This document shows, piece after piece, positions 1 to 10,270 of a stretch of DNA of 64,000 nt (its first letter is position 1; each line of letters opens with the position of its first letter). Source of the DNA: Takakia lepidozioides (taxonomy: Eukaryota; Plantae; Bryophyta); the NCBI GenBank assembly GCA_030704615.1, contig CM060732.1:16368001-16432000 (forward strand), read 5' to 3'. The translations under genes were made by a program, and so were the position numbers. A model generated the notes under the pieces. That model was not told the DNA's origin and did not search any database. It saw only the letters and a program-made list of their open reading frames with translations.

Positions 1-250
1 CTCCACCAAACCTGCCTCCCAGAGATCTTGAGTCCTCATCTGAATCAAAGACCTCTCCATGTCACTGTATCTATAGGGTCTCCAAAAGATTGGCGTGTCA
101 GTGGCCAACTCAATACGGATCTCTTGACCCTTCAGTGCTCCCAAGTCCTTCAAACTGAAGGCAAAGCAATTCCTGTAAGCCCTCAGGAACCGCCGTATAC
201 ATCGTCTCTCTCCTCCGGTGACAATGGGTCCAATGTCAGGCTCCCAATTG
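1..250 (-). pseudogene. N-terminal part of the reverse transcriptase of element A
   Basis: Minus frame reads AYRNCFAFSLKDLGALKGQEIRIELATDTPIFWRPYRYSDMERSLIQMRTQDLWEAGLVE, the typical Gypsy pre-RT/RT start. It is separated from the MTase ORF by stops/frameshift. Confidence 0.8.
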
Positions 251-353
251 TCCTCTGTAACTGCAACCTTAAGTCCAGTGGGCTTAGAGGTAGAGGACGC
301 ATCCAGTGGTTGCTATGTTGCAACCTCTTGAGCAGTACTCCCTACCTGCTCAG

Positions 354-1778
354 TCAATGACAAGGCCTCATCTTCCCCATCATCTCATCCTCGAGGACTT
401 CCTCAACCTGAGAAAAATCCCCAGCCTCATCCATCACCGCCACTTTGGCTGCCAACTCCCTCTGAACCTCGAGCACCTCCCACGTGTGCCATGGATGCTT
501 GCACCCCGTGGTCCTCACATGCTCGCCCCCACTCACTGCCTGTACCATCTCGGTAGGCAGAGAGACCAGCGAGGGAAGTGCACTCCGCACTCTGCGTTGC
601 TCAGCCATAGCCAAGTTGATAATCCAGGTCAAGCAATTGAGATCCATTGCTTGCCCCAACACCTGACGACTTGCTGCCTCAGAAAGAGACGGCACCGCCG
701 TGGTACCAGTGGTAAAACCCATTGCCCGTTCACGCTCGTCAGCATTAGGCTCCACTAACTGCTGCAACTGAGCATCCCACAGGAGGCCAGGTCCACTATC
801 CCGGAAAGCATGCGATCCTGGGAAGCTGAGCAGTGTAGGTAATGCTGCTCGTGGTTGACCCACCTTGTTGACCACTGCCAAAGACAAACGGTCATCGTGT
901 CTCACATGCTGAGACTGCCTCCCTGTGTCCAGAATGCTATCCACTGTGAGGTGTGCTGGCCGATGCACCCCATCAAATGCACGCTTGAGCAGTGCGGGTG
1001 GCATCAAGTTAGTCCACCATAGCCGTGGACGATGAGCCCGTGACCCCACTGTAGCTGCATCTAGCAACACTACTGACCCAAGCCATGACCGGACTTGATG
1101 TACACTGGCCATCACCCTGGCCCGAGAATCGCCCATCAGTGGCACATTCTCCAAGATGTATGCTGGAGATACAGCTTGATGAAGCTGCAAGTGGCGCAAA
1201 ACCCGTACCATCTCCCAAAACAGACCCGACCTCGAGTCTTGCAATCCATTGCCATGCTCGGCTGATGAATGCCCTTGGCAGGGCCAACCTGCCACTACCA
1301 GATCAATGGAGCCAACCCGCTCCAAATCCTGCGCCCCCAGCAACGAAATGTCTGCTGGCAAGGCCTGCTGATATCCACAAACTACAGACACCGACAACAA
1401 CTCAGGGTACTGTTGCACCAACTGAGCAACATGGCAAAGTGAAACGCGTCGTGTAGTCTCATCCCTCTCCACATACAGGTAACGCCGAACTCGTACACCT
1501 GCCTGTAACACAGCAGCCAATCCGGTGCTGATCCCGCCAAACAAGTCCAGAAGACAAATGCCTTCATCCGGATACTGCCACACAATAGGTGTGATATCCA
1601 ATGGTGACAACTGAGGTGGTCCTGGTGCAATCCCCACACTCTCCTCCTCTCCTGATGGTACAAAAGCCTCCACCCAGGCTTGTTGCACCCGTCGATCAGC
1701 AACCCGTTGCAAATCCTTGCTTGTGCCCCATAATGGAGTCTGAGCAACCATGGCAGGCAACTCTGCCATACCATACAT
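354..1778 (-). CDS. C5 cytosine DNA methyltransferase domain (DNMT3-like motif style) within the retrotransposon polyprotein
   Basis: Motif I LDLFGGISTG, II YVERD, IV DLVVAGWPCQG (catalytic PC), VI ILENV, VIII HRPRLWWTNL, IX ERERAMGF, X RQVLGQAM. Confidence 0.92.
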   Translation of the reverse strand: MYGMAELPAMVAQTPLWGTSKDLQRVADRRVQQAWVEAFVPSGEEESVGIAPGPPQLSPLDITPIVWQYPDEGICLLDLFGGISTGLAAVLQAGVRVRRYLYVERDETTRRVSLCHVAQLVQQYPELLSVSVVCGYQQALPADISLLGAQDLERVGSIDLVVAGWPCQGHSSAEHGNGLQDSRSGLFWEMVRVLRHLQLHQAVSPAYILENVPLMGDSRARVMASVHQVRSWLGSVVLLDAATVGSRAHRPRLWWTNLMPPALLKRAFDGVHRPAHLTVDSILDTGRQSQHVRHDDRLSLAVVNKVGQPRAALPTLLSFPGSHAFRDSGPGLLWDAQLQQLVEPNADERERAMGFTTGTTAVPSLSEAASRQVLGQAMDLNCLTWIINLAMAEQRRVRSALPSLVSLPTEMVQAVSGGEHVRTTGCKHPWHTWEVLEVQRELAAKVAVMDEAGDFSQVEEVLEDEMMGKMRPCH

Positions 1779-1784
1779 GTCATC

Positions 1785-3209
1785 CTACTCTCCTGGAGGT
1801 GTGTCATCCTCTGAATGAGCGTTGCCCTCTAGCAATTCTCCAGGCCAAGTCACTGCAGCTGTGAATGCTGCTAGTGTCGGCATCTCGCCCCGCTGGGCAA
1901 CCGCAACTCCTCCTATGAACGTCACAGGGAGCTGCACATGCCGGCCCTCCCCTGACTGCCATCCAGGCCTATAGGAAGCTGACTCCTCCCAAAAATCCAG
2001 GGTGAAGCCCATGGGGTACAACACTGCCCCACCAACCAGGACATCGTACAAGACCGCGTCTGTCACAATGGCCTTGGCTCGCATCACTGAGCCAGCTGTA
2101 GGGTGATCTGGCCATAGTCTGATAGCCAAGTCACGCCGTATCATGCCCTGAGCCTGCTCTAATCCTCCTAAAGACGTCTGTATCTGGAAAAGACAAGGCT
2201 CCATATCCGCCTCCATGAGGCCCAAGCCTGCAATAGCAGCTCTGCCCAGCATCAATGGCTGAGCTCCCGAGTCCAACAAGACCCGCAGTGGCCGGTACCT
2301 CTTGCCTGCCGGTCCACTCAAATAGAAAATGCCATCATGGTTGTATAACATGACAACTTCAGGTGTCACCATGGCGCGCTCAATGGCTGGCCTAGCTGGT
2401 AGTTCCATCAACCTGGCAGCTGCAGCTTGCCATGGTACCGTCGTGGCAGTCTTGACCCTCAGATCCAAGGATCCCTTCGGCACTACACCTCCCACTATCT
2501 CCGCAGAAGATGAAGTAACCTCCCCACTCTCACAGAGTGTAGCTGCCAGCCTGAACACCTCAGCTGGTCTTACCCCCGGCGTCGCAATCATGGTAGCCGA
2601 GAACAATGGAGCCTGGCACACAGATGTGGCCGCTCCCAGCAGAGCTGCCGTAGCCTTGGCAACACTAGGTAGTGGTGCTACCCGTGTAGCTCTCCCCAAT
2701 GGCATAGTAACCTCCGCCTCGTTAACAGTCGGGCGAGAACTAGGTGCCATGGATGGCGTCGACAATGTCTCCACCAATGTGAATGACTGAGGAAGCCTAG
2801 CCTGACGGCTTGCCTCCCCACGCTGTGGATCCAACTCCACCTCTGCACCTCGTGGCTCAGGAACTCGTGTTGCTCCTCGAGTCACGGCTGCAGTAGACTC
2901 CACCTGCACTAATGGTAGTGCTGCTCCACACATGAATCCCATGCCTCCCATCTCTCCTCCCTCAGGAGCAGGAGGTGGACCATCCGGCCTTGGAGCCGGT
3001 GTAGCTATGGCAGCGAGCCTCTGCTCTAGCTGCTGAAGCCAGTTGGCCATGCCTTGGTCACCACCCTGACCTCCGCGTCCTTGGCCATGTTGAGCTTGCT
3101 TTTGGCCTGCACCTCGTGCCTGGCCACCTCGTCCTCTGTGGGCTGCTCCACCTCGCCCCCGGCCACCATTGTTCCCTTGGAACTGGCCTGGGCGCAACTC
3201 AGGATGCAA
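1785..3209 (-). CDS. Gag C-terminus/linker and aspartic protease of element A
   Basis: VLLDSGAQPLMLG active-site motif and downstream YDVLVGG. In frame with both neighbours, separated by single stop codons. Confidence 0.8.
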   Translation of the reverse strand: MHPELRPGQFQGNNGGRGRGGAAHRGRGGQARGAGQKQAQHGQGRGGQGGDQGMANWLQQLEQRLAAIATPAPRPDGPPPAPEGGEMGGMGFMCGAALPLVQVESTAAVTRGATRVPEPRGAEVELDPQRGEASRQARLPQSFTLVETLSTPSMAPSSRPTVNEAEVTMPLGRATRVAPLPSVAKATAALLGAATSVCQAPLFSATMIATPGVRPAEVFRLAATLCESGEVTSSSAEIVGGVVPKGSLDLRVKTATTVPWQAAAARLMELPARPAIERAMVTPEVVMLYNHDGIFYLSGPAGKRYRPLRVLLDSGAQPLMLGRAAIAGLGLMEADMEPCLFQIQTSLGGLEQAQGMIRRDLAIRLWPDHPTAGSVMRAKAIVTDAVLYDVLVGGAVLYPMGFTLDFWEESASYRPGWQSGEGRHVQLPVTFIGGVAVAQRGEMPTLAAFTAAVTWPGELLEGNAHSEDDTPPGE

Positions 3210-3218
3210 ACCATAGCA

Positions 3219-4448
3219 CTAGGCTTCTCCATGCCCGTACTTGCCACAATGCCCACATTGCAACTGTGCAGGCTGTGCCGGTGCCAAACCATTGCTTCCC
3301 TCTGGGCAATCCTTCTTGACATGGGGTCCTCCACATGTCCAGCACACCACATCCGCCCATTGTTGGCCAGCAAATGAAGGGAGAGACCCCTGCTTCTGAG
3401 GTCCTCTCTGCCCTTCCCTCGGCTTCACCTGAGCCCCCTTATTGCCTTGAGCACGTTGAGGTAGTGGCTGGCTAGGAGCACCACTACCCCGTGATGCCTC
3501 CTTAGCAAATCCCACCATGACCACTCGTTCCTCCATCATGTTGAGCTCTATCCGCTCTGCCAGCAAAAACACATTTGCTAAGGTGGGTTGGGCCGCTTGT
3601 AGGAGAGTTGCATCCCGCACCCTTCTCCTCAGCTCCTTGTCCAATATCCCATACCAAAATTGGACTACCTGAGCCTCCGTAACCCCTTGGGTTAAGTTAA
3701 TCAAGCGCCTCATGCGAGTGAAAGCCTCCCTCAAGCTCTGAGTAGGCTTCCGTTGGAACTCTTGCAAGCTCCGCAACTTCTCTGTCCTCACCCCTTCGTA
3801 GTTCCCTCTCAACTCTTCGAAGAACTCCGCAACAGGGTTGAAGGCAAGCACGGGTACTGGTGCTGGTGTGGTAGTGGCTTGGGTGGACGTCATAGCTACG
3901 GTACCACCAATCCCACTGCTGCTTGCTGAAGCTGCCGGTGCAGCGGTAGGTGTAGCCACTGCCCTCGTGGCTCTAGTGCCCCTAGTGATGGAGACATAGT
4001 CGGGTGACCAGTACATCCTCCACTCCCCGATCTCAACCTCATGCCCCCGCCTAAACTCATGGTAATCATCCATAGGCAGCCCCTCAAGGTGCTGAAACAG
4101 CCCCTTCCATGCCATGAAAGGCGTAAATAATTGTGGATTGCGCATTTGCTGCAAATCACACCAACTATCAAACTCTTGGATAAAATCATCCAACTCGATG
4201 GTGCCCACTGCCCCAGAGTACCTTCGTGGCCCCTTGGTAGCTCCATACATCTCCTCCATTGTGTCCCACAACAATGGTAAGGAATCAACTTGCACCGCCG
4301 GTGTGAGTCCTCCTGATTCACAATCCGAATCAGAACCTTCCATATAAGACACAGGAGGTGAAGGTGGCCTAAAACGCACACCTCGTCTCGTGTACCCACT
4401 AGTATTGCTAGTGCTCGAACCGGCACTCTCCCCAGCAACTAGTGGCAC
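3219..4448 (-). CDS. Gag of element A
   Basis: Retrotrans_gag-like core plus CX2CX3HX4C and CX2CX4HX4C knuckles. The second knuckle is split by a TAG (CGHCGKYGHGEA*C). Confidence 0.85.
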   Translation of the reverse strand: MPLVAGESAGSSTSNTSGYTRRGVRFRPPSPPVSYMEGSDSDCESGGLTPAVQVDSLPLLWDTMEEMYGATKGPRRYSGAVGTIELDDFIQEFDSWCDLQQMRNPQLFTPFMAWKGLFQHLEGLPMDDYHEFRRGHEVEIGEWRMYWSPDYVSITRGTRATRAVATPTAAPAASASSSGIGGTVAMTSTQATTTPAPVPVLAFNPVAEFFEELRGNYEGVRTEKLRSLQEFQRKPTQSLREAFTRMRRLINLTQGVTEAQVVQFWYGILDKELRRRVRDATLLQAAQPTLANVFLLAERIELNMMEERVVMVGFAKEASRGSGAPSQPLPQRAQGNKGAQVKPREGQRGPQKQGSLPSFAGQQWADVVCWTCGGPHVKKDCPEGSNGLAPAQPAQLQCGHCGKYGHGEA

Positions 4449-4530
4449 CTCCGTGTTGACAAACTGTCACTCAACCGGTCATGAACATGTCTCTAACCCC
4501 CTCTCCAAAAGGTAACCAGGTAGAGAACCT

Positions 4531-6695
4531 TGTACTGTGAAAAGAAGGGGCGTGAATCCCCTTCTGTGCAATTCTAATTGTGCTCCTCCCCAGTTTTTGA
4601 AGCGGAGCAAAAGAAAGGAACTCTCTTCCAGTGATCCAACCATCGTCACTCGGTTGTGGGTTTCCCTCAAGTCCTTCATGATCAGAGTTTACACAATCCT
4701 CATCCACGCCACAGCGGAAGAGAAGACATGGATGGGGAGTCTGTATTGTTCTCACCCTTGGTTCTATTTTTACACGACATCCTTTCCCTGGGGTACAGCA
4801 CCAGCCATGCTACCATGTTGTCTTCAGTGATGCAACCAGCCCTACGTCAGTGATGAACACTGCCCTTGTGGGCAGCTCCCTTGGACAATAACACGTGGAA
4901 GCCCCTTTTTGTAATAAGATCACGATTTAGAAGGAGGCAACTCAGATCTGCCATGAACTACAGGCCCACCGGTTTGGCTCTTCATGGGTTCATGCTTTCT
5001 TTATCTTACCTCCCCAATCTTCATCCCTCGTCAACCCCTCTTGCTGGTCAGCTCTCTCCCTTTGTCCTTTTTTTCTCTCTCTCTCTCTCTCTTTCTTTCT
5101 TTCAGGGTCTGCAGATTCCTCACTTTTTCACAATAGCATGTCTAAGATGCAATGCAATGCGCATTCAGCCAGGCATCCAGTGTACCCAGCATTGAAATCA
5201 ACCTTGGTCACACAAGACATAATCAGCCCCTTTATCAGTTCCTCTCTTGCCAATGACAGATGCTTCACACTCCCCTTTTCCCAGGTGTAGCCATTTGCCC
5301 AAGACAGTTCTCAACCCGTCTACAGGTCTCAATTTACACAACCTGACAGCTCTCTTTTTCCCATCAATTGTTAACCTTAGTTATTCACATGCTGAGAGCA
5401 CTCTGAGAATCAGATCCAAACCCCAAACAGTGTTGGTTTTTCTGCCCCATCCACATCATCCCTTCTGCTCCTTCCAAACAGTTCTATCTAACCTTCACTG
5501 GTTTCCTCTACCTACTAAGCTAGTTCCACATTGGCTGCAATGTGTCAACATCCAAGGCCACATTGTTTTCACAGGCTCATGACACTGAAACAAAGAACAA
5601 GAATACAACAAACAGCAACCATTCTGACCCAGCGATGAGTTAACCCTGTCCCCACTCATTTCTCCTACTGTGCAATGTAACAACAGGTGCATCCATTTCC
5701 AGCCTATCCTGGTTTGAAGTCCAGTGTCTTCATTCCATTTCCCAAAGCTCTTTTCTTCCTCACATATCTGTGTCTCTTTCTACATACAAGAGATAGTCCA
5801 AAACTTCACAAAGCGATTTCTAAGTCACCCAAAAAGGAAGCCAACACTCTTCGAACTTATCTGTCTTATACTCCAGTGAAGCGGTGGGTCTGCCTGTCAA
5901 GATGGCACCTCATCAACTCTGTCATCAGCCACATTCAACGCTTCTTCTTATCGTGATTCCAGTCCTCATTATGTCATGACGGCTCTGCTTCATCTGCTGG
6001 CAACATCCTTGTGCCTGCCAACCTCTACCCTATCCTTCTACATGTGCACTTCTTCCCTAAGAATTGATCTGGTCCTACAGCAATAAGACAGAAAGCAGCT
6101 ACAAGTCTTAATTACAGATACCCTGAAGCTCTATACACACCAGCCTGCACTTCTCATGCCCCAACAGCTGTTGAGCCGCTCCATCTCCTCATAACTGTGC
6201 TCTTCAAGACAATGGGGGCAGCGGTGGTGCACCGCTCTCATCACATGCTCAGCCTTCAGAATTGATCATTACTACGAAGACGGCGGCACCGCTTCCTCTT
6301 GCACAGAATGCCAAGCAAGAGCCTTTAACGTTGCTCTTTAAAGCAAGCTGATTCCCCTTGCGCAGGTGGAACTTTCTAAGACATACTGTGCTGCCAACAC
6401 CACTGCAGCAGCTCCGAAAAGTTGCCCGCACTCTTCCCCTTCGTTTTTCACAGCCCGAGCTTCTAGGTATAAACATCATCGATGAAAATCATTCATCCTA
6501 GGGATGAAAAAGGCGCATGTCATAACTTAGCCATATTTTGTCCTGGCAGAGCAATAGCATAGTGTTCCCATGGAATTACCTGTAGTCATGGATAATTCCT
6601 TCCCCTCATTAGCACCAGGGCACTCCCTTCGTAGTAATGCCAAATCCTGATGCCAAACAAAAATTTGAATGTTTACCCCCTGCATTCACACTACA
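4531..6695 (-). repeat. 3' LTR of element B
   Basis: Direct repeat of 13281-15435 (offset 8740); about 11 differences counted by eye; termini TGTAGTGTGAA...TTCACAGTACA on the minus strand. Confidence 0.95.
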
Positions 6696-6718
6696 TATGT
6701 AGTGTGTCTCCCTTTTTT
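6687..6718 (-). promoter_or_regulatory. Polypurine tract followed by a perfect 20-bp palindrome spanning the LTR start
   Basis: Minus strand reads AAAAAAGGGAGA (6718-6707), then CACACTACATATGTAGTGTG (6706-6687). Confidence 0.9.
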
Positions 6719-6745
6719 AAGTGTCAGGGTCCTCACTGACCATTT

Positions 6746-8116
6746 TCATGGCTGACCACCTATTGGTGGTATGAAGGGTTTCAAATCCCTCCTACTTCTT
6801 ACCCATTCCTTGTCTGCCCCATCTCTCAACCTGCATCTTCGTGCAGCTTCCCCAATTCTTGTGGTGCTTCCTGCATCCTTGTACCCCAAAAAGTCATAAG
6901 GTCCCTCCCATGGAGATGTCATGGAAGACCTCTTTCCAGGCCTCAACATCATTACCTTGCTGTTTTCCATCAACTTGCAGTAGGTATGCCCTGCTTGATG
7001 CCTCCTTTCATAATCCCTTGCCTGCTGACGCTGCCCTTTCTTCACACTTTTTCGCAGCTTTGCCTTCATCTCTGTGAGGAGCTGGATTTTCTGCTGCATC
7101 ATAAGTGTGACCTCTGCCACAGATCCATCAAAATTCACTGCTGCTGTAAGAAATTGCAACCTATTGTCAATTCCCAGCCTTGGAATCCTACCAGTCAGCA
7201 CTTGAAAAGGTGAGAATCCGGTCGAAGCATGAACACCGATTCTGTAACCAAACAAGGCTTTGTAGAGATTCTGATCCCACTCAGTGTCGTTTCCAACTCC
7301 TAAGGTGGTGATGCTCTGTTTGAGAGACTTAATCACCCTTTCCACCATACCATTACACTGAGGCCAGTAAGGGGCGCTATGATCCCTTTTTATACCATAT
7401 TCGCGGCATGCATCTTCAAACTCGCCTCCCCACTCCGTGCCGTTGTCAGTGAGCAATGTGTGTGGGCAGCTATACCTGTCAATCACTTCTTCCACCAGAA
7501 AGCGGGCTGCAAGTGCTGCTGTGTGATCTGCCACTGGTGCCGCTTCTATCCATTTTGAAAAGTGATCTATTGCCACCAGAAAGTACTGATTTCCCCTGCT
7601 GGTTATAGGTAATGGTCCTGCCGTGTCAATTGCAACTCTGAAAAACAGATCCACTACTGGAATACTATGCAGTTTTGAGCTACCTGAGCGCAACACTCCG
7701 TTCTGTTTAGCCATTTGACATTCGCCACAGCCTTTGAGTACTTGCCTGATGAGTTTTGTTCTGTCATGCCAGAAATACCGTCGGCATATCTCCTCTTGTG
7801 TTCTTCGGACTCCAAAATGGCCCGTGGCCTTATGCACTTCAGTGATTATTGCCTCTCTGTCCGTTCTTGGTGGAACTACCCTTCCCTCAAAGTAGACCTC
7901 ACCCTTGAGATAAGAGTACTGCCTTGCCCGCCTGTTGGCTCTTTTGCTCTCCTCTTTTGTCAGATAGTCATTGACTTCTCCAAAACATAAGAGATGCATA
8001 ACTTCCACATCATCAAGTACATCAGGTTGCCTTTCCTCCTTAACAGCTGTTGTATGATTGTCAGAGCTGATGAGAGACCTTTTCCCCCATCTTTCAGCTT
8101 CGCGTAATAGTGACAT
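6746..8116 (-). CDS. Integrase of element B (no chromodomain)
   Basis: HHCC (H..TGH...C..C), VAIDTAGP / LLTDNGTE / GMVER catalytic DDE, and WEGPY motif. Confidence 0.93.
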   Translation of the reverse strand: MSLLREAERWGKRSLISSDNHTTAVKEERQPDVLDDVEVMHLLCFGEVNDYLTKEESKRANRRARQYSYLKGEVYFEGRVVPPRTDREAIITEVHKATGHFGVRRTQEEICRRYFWHDRTKLIRQVLKGCGECQMAKQNGVLRSGSSKLHSIPVVDLFFRVAIDTAGPLPITSRGNQYFLVAIDHFSKWIEAAPVADHTAALAARFLVEEVIDRYSCPHTLLTDNGTEWGGEFEDACREYGIKRDHSAPYWPQCNGMVERVIKSLKQSITTLGVGNDTEWDQNLYKALFGYRIGVHASTGFSPFQVLTGRIPRLGIDNRLQFLTAAVNFDGSVAEVTLMMQQKIQLLTEMKAKLRKSVKKGQRQQARDYERRHQAGHTYCKLMENSKVMMLRPGKRSSMTSPWEGPYDFLGYKDAGSTTRIGEAARRCRLRDGADKEWVRSRRDLKPFIPPIGGQP

Positions 8117-10270
8117 CTAAGTGGCCTTGGTGGGTGTGCTCCATGGCACCCAGTCCCCTTCATCATCCCTGTTATAAGAAGAAGTGTCTTGTTCGGAACA
8201 ATGTGGCCCATCACTGTCTGAAGAATAAAATGTCTTGGTGGAACACTCACCCCCCATGTTCTCTTCAACTGGCCATTCTGACGAGGAAGTCACCAGAGTT
8301 TTTCTTGTTGTTTCTGTGCTTGTAGATTGTTGAAGGAATGGTGTTTCTTGCAAGCTTCCCTCTTCATCGTTCGATCGTTCCTTCACAATTTTGCAGGCTG
8401 GCTGTACCTTGCTTAGCTCCTGATCACGAGCATGAGATCCTCGGGTAATCACATGGATGGTGGGACAAAAGGCCATCAGATCTTCCTCTTCTTTGTTGTT
8501 GATTGCAGGAACCTCCTTTTTTCCTGCACCCATATCTTTCCAAATACCCTCCCTGACCAGATTGACAGGACTTGATTGATCAATTCCCTTTCCTTGTTTC
8601 CTGGCAGCCAAAGTCTGTGCAGCAAAAGTCACCCTTTTTTCCTCCCCATTTGGCATTGTACCTGGTTTCAGTCCTCCTTTCAATATACCATGAGCCTTGG
8701 TCAACCCTCCACCTGTGGAAGAGCTATCTATTCCAGGAACGAACTCAAATGAAAAGTCACCAAGCAAATCTATTCCTATGTGGTGCTCTGAGTACAGCCA
8801 CCAATATGGGTCCAGATCTGTTTCTAATGAAAAATGACTTCCCAACAGTGTTTTTTTGAAATGCCAAAGACCCCACACACATGCATAGTACTCTTCTCTT
8901 TTGCAGATCATTTCCCCTCTTTCACTGCTATACCCCACTTGCCTATGAGCCTCTTCTCTCAACTCCTTCTTACCCTCCTTAAATTGAAATAGATAAGCCT
9001 TGATGGCACCCCTATCCCACTCTAGTTTAAGAAGATAGGCTCCATCCCTCTTCCTTCCTTCCCTTTTCTGACTGTATAGAGAAGTAGAGTATACCTCGAT
9101 TTCCTCGGTTTCCTCTGCTGGTCCCACTGGATACCTGCTTAGCGCATCTACGTTAGCATGCCTAGCACCTGCCCTATGAATAATTTTAAACTCAAAATCT
9201 TGTAACATCATGATCCATCTACCCCTGCGTCCATATGCGTCACTTACCGTTGCCAACCACTCCAGTGGTTTGTGATCAGTCCTGATTACAAAAGGGGTTC
9301 CATACAGGTACTGCCTAAAGTGTAATACTCCCCACACCAGGGCATAGCATTCACCTTCCATAGGGTGATATTTGCGCTGAGCATCAGATAGTACCTTACT
9401 GGCGTATGCAATGACCCTCTCCTTTTTATACTCCTTTTGTGACAATACTGCCCCTACTCCTTTGATGGACCAGTCAACATCCAAGACGAACGGTCTTGAG
9501 AAATCTGGTCTTGCCAGGATGGGAGCAGTTACCAACTTCACCTGTAAGGCAGAAAAGGCGTTTTGTGCCTCTGCACTCCAGATAAACTTCACATCTTTCT
9601 TGGTTAGAGTGAACAAGGGTACTGCCACTCCAGCATATCCTTTGACATAGGGCCTATAGTACCCTGTCATGCCCAAGTAGCTTTTGAGAGCAGTGTGGTT
9701 TTTGGGCAAGGGAAACCTTTCAATAGCAGCTATCTTATCTGGATCAGGCCACGTTCCCTCTTCAGAGATCACATGCCCAAGGAATACCAACTGTAAGTTG
9801 GCAAAGTAACACTTGTCCGGATTGAGCCTAAGATTGGCCTTTCTAACCTTTCTCAGTACTCTCTTTATATGTCCCACGTGATCTCCCCAGTCCTTGCTAT
9901 GGATATTGACGTCATCTACAAAAACTTTAGCGCAATCTTTGATTTCTTCTTTGAGCACCCTATTCATTGTTCTCTGAAAGGTAGCAGTGGCATTTTTTAG
10001 CCCGAATGGCATGACTAGCCATTCATACAATCCCTTCTTTGTGATCACTGCTGTTTTGCTTATGTCTCGGTCGTCCATTTTGATCTGCCAAAAACCAGAT
10101 TGTAAATCCAGCGCAGAAAACCACTTGGCTTTCCCCAACTGGTTTAAAACATCCTGAATTAATGGCATAGGGTAAGAGTCCCTTATGGTTAAACGGTTTA
10201 CTGGCCTAAAATCACCACAAAACCGCTTGGATCCTTTTTTTTTGGTGGAAGGGTAACTGGACACGACCAT
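8117..10270 (-). CDS. RT, RNase H, second degenerate RNase H and linker of element B
   Basis: LDLQSGFWQ, MPFGLKNA, FVDD, then DVDWS..ECYA..TDHKPL..VDALSR, then a second RH-like block. Frameshift at the T-run near 10235; stop before INT. Confidence 0.92.
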   Translation of the reverse strand: MVVSSYPSTKKKGSKRFCGDFRPVNRLTIRDSYPMPLIQDVLNQLGKAKWFSALDLQSGFWQIKMDDRDISKTAVITKKGLYEWLVMPFGLKNATATFQRTMNRVLKEEIKDCAKVFVDDVNIHSKDWGDHVGHIKRVLRKVRKANLRLNPDKCYFANLQLVFLGHVISEEGTWPDPDKIAAIERFPLPKNHTALKSYLGMTGYYRPYVKGYAGVAVPLFTLTKKDVKFIWSAEAQNAFSALQVKLVTAPILARPDFSRPFVLDVDWSIKGVGAVLSQKEYKKERVIAYASKVLSDAQRKYHPMEGECYALVWGVLHFRQYLYGTPFVIRTDHKPLEWLATVSDAYGRRGRWIMMLQDFEFKIIHRAGARHANVDALSRYPVGPAEETEEIEVYSTSLYSQKREGRKRDGAYLLKLEWDRGAIKAYLFQFKEGKKELREEAHRQVGYSSERGEMICKREEYYACVWGLWHFKKTLLGSHFSLETDLDPYWWLYSEHHIGIDLLGDFSFEFVPGIDSSSTGGGLTKAHGILKGGLKPGTMPNGEEKRVTFAAQTLAARKQGKGIDQSSPVNLVREGIWKDMGAGKKEVPAINNKEEEDLMAFCPTIHVITRGSHARDQELSKVQPACKIVKERSNDEEGSLQETPFLQQSTSTETTRKTLVTSSSEWPVEENMGGECSTKTFYSSDSDGPHCSEQDTSSYNRDDEGDWVPWSTPTKAT

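Noticed and set aside
4471-6479. Short ORFs in B's LTRs (duplicated at 13244-15219)
   Set aside because: No domain motifs; they recur only because the LTR is duplicated.
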